A DNA stretch of 14,525 nucleotides from Selaginella moellendorffii (taxonomy: Eukaryota > Plantae > Lycopodiophyta). The stretch spans positions 1 through 14,525 of the forward strand of contig NW_003314539.1 of assembly GCF_000143415.4 (NCBI RefSeq), written 5' to 3'. Made by a program: the position numbers and the translations under genes. The notes beneath the pieces are model-generated. The model saw only the letters and a program-made list of their open reading frames with translations, did no database searches and had not been told where the DNA came from. Below, piece after piece: positions 9,378-14,525 of the stretch. How positions within the stretch are numbered: the stretch's first letter is position 1; every line of letters starts with the position of its first letter.

Positions 9378-11441
9378 ATGGCATCTGGGAGCCAGAGCAG
9401 GAGGACTTCAACAGGGCGACATCCATCATCCGTTTGGTGGGAAGAAGTGATCCTTGGTGATTAAACAAACTGCCGTAGTGGGCATCGACGCTGGTCTTGC
9501 AAGTGGTGTTCGTTGAGAGACAAAGTTTCAAGTGTGGATCGTGTGAGGGGACATCTCACAAGGGAAGCTGGTCATGAAATCTTAAGTTGTGATGTCATCT
9601 CAGCAGAGAAGAGACAACAGCTTAGGGAGATGGCTAAAACCATTGACGACCAGGTTTTGGCTGGAAAACACCAAAGCAAGAAACGAGCAGTTTCTACATG
9701 TGTCGAAGGCATCCAAAGCACTGGAGGAGAGAGTTTTGTTGCTTCCCAGAGTTCTACACCAGGTGGCAATTCTGTAGAAGGAATTTCCAGGTTTTTTTCG
9801 CAACGACAGCAGGGAATCCGGGATTCTTTTGATCCAAAAAGGAAGGAAGCAGTGGATATGGCTATAGGACGATTTTTCTGGAATGAGCACATACCATTTG
9901 TGAAAGCTCGTTCTCACCATTTCAAGGAAATGGTGCAGCAGATTGTAAGGCATGGAATTCCCTACAATCTTCCAACAGAGACAGCATTGCGAGAGGAATT
10001 ATTGCAAGTGGAGAAAGCCAATCTTGAAGTTCAATTTGCCAAGGTGAAGGCACATTGGAAGAATTGTGGGGTTACTCTTGTTGCTGATGCATGGAATGAC
10101 ACAAGAAATTGACATATCATGGGGCTTGTTGCATACAGCAGAGGACAGTCGACTTTTCTCGAGGCCATTGATATATCTTCTAGTGGGAAGACGGCTGATA
10201 ACGTTTTTGCGACATGGGAGCGAGGTATCAAGATTGTTGGAGAGGAGAATGTTGTTCTTATTGTCACGGATGGTGAGGCTTCAAACAAGGCTGCTGCTAG
10301 GCTTCTAGAGGCGAGGAAGCCAAGGATTATGTGGGCTCCGTGCTTAGCTCATTGTTTGAACAACATTCTCAAGGATTTCGCAAAACTACCATGGATGGTT
10401 GGGCTGCTAGACAAGGGAAAGACTCTGGTTGGCTTCCTTCGGAACCATTCGCATCTAGTAGCGATTTTGGCATCCTTCTCTTCACGATGAGTGTTGAAGT
10501 TCAGCGAAACACGATTCGCCTTCAACTTTCTTATGATGGAGAGATTGGTGGAGTTGAGGCCAAAGCTACAACAAATGTTTGTGAGCGACACTTACAATGC
10601 AAGGCTAGAGTCAAGGACAGATTTTGGGATAGCATGCCGAGGAATTGTGTTCAATGATACATACTGGAACGAGGTTAACCACATGCTGGGTGTTTCAAGG
10701 AGGGTGATGTATTTGCTACAAATGGTTGACGGAGACATGCCTGTGATTGGGAAGGTCTACAAGGGGATGGATCAGATGAGTGAGAACATCCGTCAACAAG
10801 AGGAGAACAATCTTTAGTATGAGGAGCTAAACCAACTGATTTCAAACAGGTGGTGGGCTTATCATAGCACCTTTCACTCCGTGGCATACACGCTTGATCT
10901 AGAGTTTCAGGGGCGAGGACAAGAAAAATCCAGGGAAGTTTCCAAAGATTGGAACATGTACTTGGAGATCCAGTTCCCTGACTATCAGCAAAGGTCAACT
11001 ATAAAAAATCAGCTTTGCCAATACAGGAACTTGGAGGGTAGTTTTGGCACCGGGGACTCTCAGATGGATTGTACAACAAAGGGTTCTGTGCAGTGGTGGG
11101 AGGACAATGGCTACTCAGGTCTAGATTTGTAGAGGTTGGCAATTCGAGTGCTTAGTCAGGCGAGTTCTTCCTCATCTGTGGAGCGATTGTTCAACATTTT
11201 TGGGCACATCACTTCAAAGAAGAGGAATTGCTTAGCAGTGAGCCAGATTGCAGACTTGGTATTTGTGGCCAGTAATACCAAGTTGATAGGGAGCCACACT
11301 TCCTATGACAAGTTTGTGGGATTGAGCCAAACAGGAAGTATTCCTCAAATTACTGATGCTGATATTGAAGTTATGGAAGAAGAGGACGAAGACAAAGATG
11401 ATGATCCTACTAATGAGGAGCTTCTAGATGAGATGGAGTGA
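9378..11441 (+). pseudogene. hAT transposase, single 688-codon frame with five premature stops
   Basis: ORFs 9513, 10119, 10491, 10881 and 11136 share one frame that extends back to the ATG at 9378 (MASGSQSRR). Motifs: BED finger (VWWEEV..WSCKWC..RGHL..C), TLVADAW, IVTDGEASN, WAPCLAHCLN (CxxH), ETRFA, RW..FHSVAYTLD, WW, LAIRVLSQASSSSSVERLF, KKRN, and an acidic tail. Stops at 9462 (TAA), 10110 (TGA), 10488 (TGA), 10815 (TAG), 11130 (TAG). Confidence 0.95.
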
Positions 11442-11465
11442 TAAGTAGAATAATTTAGAGAATAT

Positions 11466-11560
11466 TTGTGTTTTCACCCGTGTTTATCCGTGTTCATTTC
11501 TGTGTTCCGTGTTTGTGTTCAAAAAATTGAATGCCGTGTTCGTGTTTGTGTTTGTGTTTT
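11466..11560. repeat. Right subterminal repeats (CCGTGTT / TGTGTT, one orientation)
   Basis: About five CGTGTT copies plus several TGTGTT variants in ~95 nt. Confidence 0.8.
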
Positions 11561-11569
11561 GAAGCTATG
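11554..11569 (-). repeat. Right TIR (reverse complement CATAGCTTCAAAACAC)
   Basis: GTGTTTTGAAGCTATG immediately precedes the right TSD. Confidence 0.93.
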
Positions 11570-11577
11570 CATGCAGC
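11570..11577. repeat. Right target-site duplication CATGCAGC
   Basis: Identical to 8638-8645; host gene sequence resumes directly afterwards. Confidence 0.97.
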
Positions 11578-14525
11578 TTGCGTCCGTCTCCGATTCAGCA
11601 CATTCGGAGATTGTCTTCACCCCCAGCCAGGAGTAGACTTCATATACTTCCTGCGTGTTGATCTCCTGGCTGGTTGGATACCACGCCACCCATGGACGAG
11701 GATTAGTGTTTCCAAAGAGATGTTCCAGCTCTAGCTGATCAACCATGACCGTCTTTGCAGGCGGAAGAAGCTTGACGGTGGCTGCGTTCTTTTCGCAGGC
11801 TGGTATTGAAGGAACGCAGCTGCTCGCGCAGAAAACTTTCAGATACGGCGTCGAAGTTGGTCGTGACGAGACCAGCTTCGCCTCCACCAGCTCACGCCAC
11901 ACTGTGTAAGCCTTTTGTACCTCGACATCTTTGCCTTTAGACGACCACCTCGCAGAACTTGATGATCGAAGGCTTCTCACAAACATGAAACCTCTTCTGA
12001 AGGATGTCTTGCATGACCCGCTCGTAGCAGCTATCCAGGGGTACAACACCGAGTTCTTCAAACAAGCCCTCAACGTCGTGAATGACGCATTCTTCCTTTT
12101 TCTTCCAGGTTGCTGCACGGCCTTCGCTCTGCAGCACCCAGATCGTGTCAACGTCCCTCCATAATTCTTGTTCAGCACAGCGGGAGAGGTACTGATAAAA
12201 TCTGACCACTTTAGCCGTGTCGACTTGCCGAGCAGGAAGCTTCTACATATTGCCGAGACAGCGGAGGACAGTTGCATATCCCATGCCGGGCTCGCAAGCC
12301 ACTCCCAGGCTTCGGAACTCGTTCTTATACTCCTCCAATGGCATCCAGTCCTTGTCCACGAACAGAACATCCTCGACTTTCAAGACCTTAAGCAGCTCAG
12401 GCACCGGCAGGAATGCAACGGTTGGGCAGCCGTATCCGTGGCTCGTCTTCAACCACTTGGTAGTCTTAATACTGGAAGTGAAAGCGGGTGCATTGCAGTG
12501 CCGGGATTTAATCCACTTCAGTAACAACGAGCTCGCTGCGACGTTACCAACATGATGCGGAGGAAGGGCCTCGTTCACCGGACCAAAGGCGGGGATGTCC
12601 GTAGCCAGAAACCTCCTTCAGAAAATTCACAAACTCGGTTCGCACGTCGGAGTCGGAGAGATCGACCGTTGCTGACTCCATATACTCTTCTGACAATTTT
12701 CGAACGCCGCGTCTCCACACGTCAGACGGGAGCAAGAGCGGCCACTTCGCTCCACAAGCCGCCGGTAGCAACAATGGACGCGTTGAAACATAACTCGCAA
12801 CATAGGGACTCACGGCTCCGTCATTCTCGACGATTGGTACATTACGCTTTTCGTTGCTGATAGATGTGTACGAGCTGCGGTCGTTTCTGTACAGGTCGAA
12901 CAGGAAGTGCATCGCTAGAACAGCAAGCTTTGCATTTGAGGAGTTCGCAGTGACTGCTCCAAGAACCTGACGAGCGAGTGAGCATGCTGTCAGTTCGCTC
13001 ACGCTGAAGGGGGTTCTCTCCAACCAGTTCTCTAACACCGAGTGCTGCCGGATTTTTGCAGCGCAGGCCGATGGAACGAAGTTGAAAGTTAGCCAACGTT
13101 GAAACACCTCTGTCCAACCAGCGAGCCAAGCGGTAGCTCTGTGACCAGAATCCCAGTACATGGATCTGCCATCGTTTCGCGCGAGATCATCCATGCTTGC
13201 CAACTGGAGTCGACCATCGGAGCCTCGATACTTGAGAAACTTGAGGGATCTCAAAGTTGACGACTTGGAGGACAGGAACACCAGCAGCTTGACATATGCA
13301 TCGTCGGGGAGCGATCTCATCCAGTCTTCAGAGTCGAGGCTTTGGTGATATTCATCGTTGCTCATATCTGGGAGTCCCAGGAGTCTCAGCACCGAGCCGT
13401 AGTTCTCCTGCAGCGTGCTGTCCACTATGTACGAGGGACTTCCTCGCAAGAACCTGGGACACTTCGGTGCGGCTTTGAGGAGCTCTCGGAAGCTGGGGGC
13501 GATTTTTCTCGCAAGAGCAGGCTTGCAAAGCTGCCCGCTCGGTGGTGCACGGCCGACGTCCGAGGCGCAAAGAATGACGTTGTTGTCCTTCAGCTTGGAC
13601 AAGATATCGTTGCGGACTCTCTCGAGGTACGAGTTGCGGCAAACATTCACAGGTACGTACTTGTACATTGCCATGCGTGCTACTGACAGTATACTCTGCA
13701 GTCCAAACGCCGTGGTGTTGAGGAGAAGCTCGAAGGCGTTGTAGAAAACCTCGGGAACACAGCGAAAGATCCCCTGGTTCCAGGAGCTGTCAAAGAGGAG
13801 CGTCGCACGGGAGGAAACGAGCAAAAAGTCCGAGTTGATAAGAAACGGCAGGCCCGAGTGGATATCGGAAGGCAGGAACGAGAAGATATCGCCAATGCTG
13901 CAGCTGCTCGAGATACGATCATCCACCGGAAAGGCTAGAGTGATCATCCAGCTATCGACATCTTTTCGCTTTTCAACCTTGGCCTCCTCAGGTACTTTCA
14001 AAGTCTGCTTAAACATGTAGTAGTTGCTGTGCTGAGTGCCATTCCGTCCGTTACTAGCTGTGAGAAAAGTTGTGCTCGTTTCCACGCTTCCATTCTTTGA
14101 CGTTGTCATCTCCACAGATCTGGAGAGAACCAGTTCCGTGGGAGGCCGCGACTGCTGATCGTAGATGGAGAGCATGCGTATCTTCGATAGGAAGAGGAGC
14201 GTCTCCGCTGGGATTTGAGTAAGCTGCTTTGCCACCTCCGAAATCTTTTCCTGACGTAAGGGAAGGATGATCACCGTTGCAGGAAGACCACCTTGCTACA
14301 GACCTTCTGCAGCACAGCGTCTGTAGGACAGTCGACCCATTCCGGGACAATATACCCGAGCTTGGCCTCGTTGTGGGGCTCTTCGTTGAAACGAATACGA
14401 AAGCCATTGTGATTATATACGGCTGCTGGTGACGAGAAAAACGCTCTTAACCCAATTCTATCGCCAGGCGGTGGAGACAGCACGTTTCCCCCGCACTGCC
14501 GTCTCCGGGGCGTTTTTTCGTTATT

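Larger units (their letters stand above)
8646..11569 (+). mobile_element. Full-length hAT-superfamily DNA transposon, 2,924 bp, coding-defective
   Basis: An 8-bp TSD CATGCAGC flanks both ends. There are 16-bp TIRs starting CA, subterminal AACACG(G) arrays and an internal BED-finger + DDE + hAT dimerisation reading frame. The paralogous site in copy A (2953-2960) has one CATGCAGC and no insert. Confidence 0.97.
7306..14458 (-). pseudogene. Copy B: exon 3 of the same GHKL ATPase gene, split by a hAT transposon and frameshifted; exons 1-2 are not in the window
   Basis: Colinear with copy A exon 3. Lesions relative to A: hAT insertion at 8646-11569, 11-nt deletion at ~11951, CAG>TAG at 12243-12245, 2-nt deletion at ~12612, net -1 at ~14287-14290, and four single-base deletions in 14409-14458. 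Confidence 0.92.
6360..14459. repeat. Tandem segmental duplication, unit B (contains the hAT insertion; incomplete at the window edge)
   Basis: 6360-8645 aligns with 755-2960, and 11578-14459 aligns with 2961-5860. Similarity is lost after ~14459. Confidence 0.95.

Noticed and set aside
14451-14466. CCCAATTC-TA-TCGCCA as an exon 3/exon 2 spliced junction (intron loss in copy B)
   Set aside because: Only a 6-nt match to exon 2 with imperfect spacing and no continued similarity; compatible with chance.
14485-14520. CCCCG..CGGGG followed by a T run as a rho-independent terminator
   Set aside because: The stem is short with a long loop, the context is eukaryotic, and the sequence quality here is doubtful.

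Overview
Eukaryotic, plant-type DNA; the very short 49- and 53-nt GT-AG introns, GC-rich exons and AT-rich spacers fit a compact land-plant genome such as a lycophyte, but the species is an inference. The window is mostly a head-to-tail duplication of a ~5.6-kb unit (copy A ~755-6359; copy B 6360 to ~14459, running off the edge). Each unit carries a minus-strand gene for a sacsin/NO VEIN-type GHKL ATPase (Arabidopsis At3g48770-like family). Both copies are disabled, by different lesions. Copy B is also interrupted by a complete 2,924-bp hAT transposon (8646-11569) with an 8-bp TSD CATGCAGC, 16-bp imperfect TIRs and a transposase broken by five in-frame stops; copy A keeps the empty site. The most interesting observation is that the reconstructed ~1,536-aa protein continues past the usual end of this family into an acidic/Ser-Pro linker and a ~155-aa domain that aligns by eye with RNase III but lacks all four catalytic acidic residues. 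This suggests a GHKL ATPase fused to a pseudo-RNase III. The duplicated spacer also contains an orphan subtilase-like exon fragment. All homology calls come from remembered motifs, not from searches.
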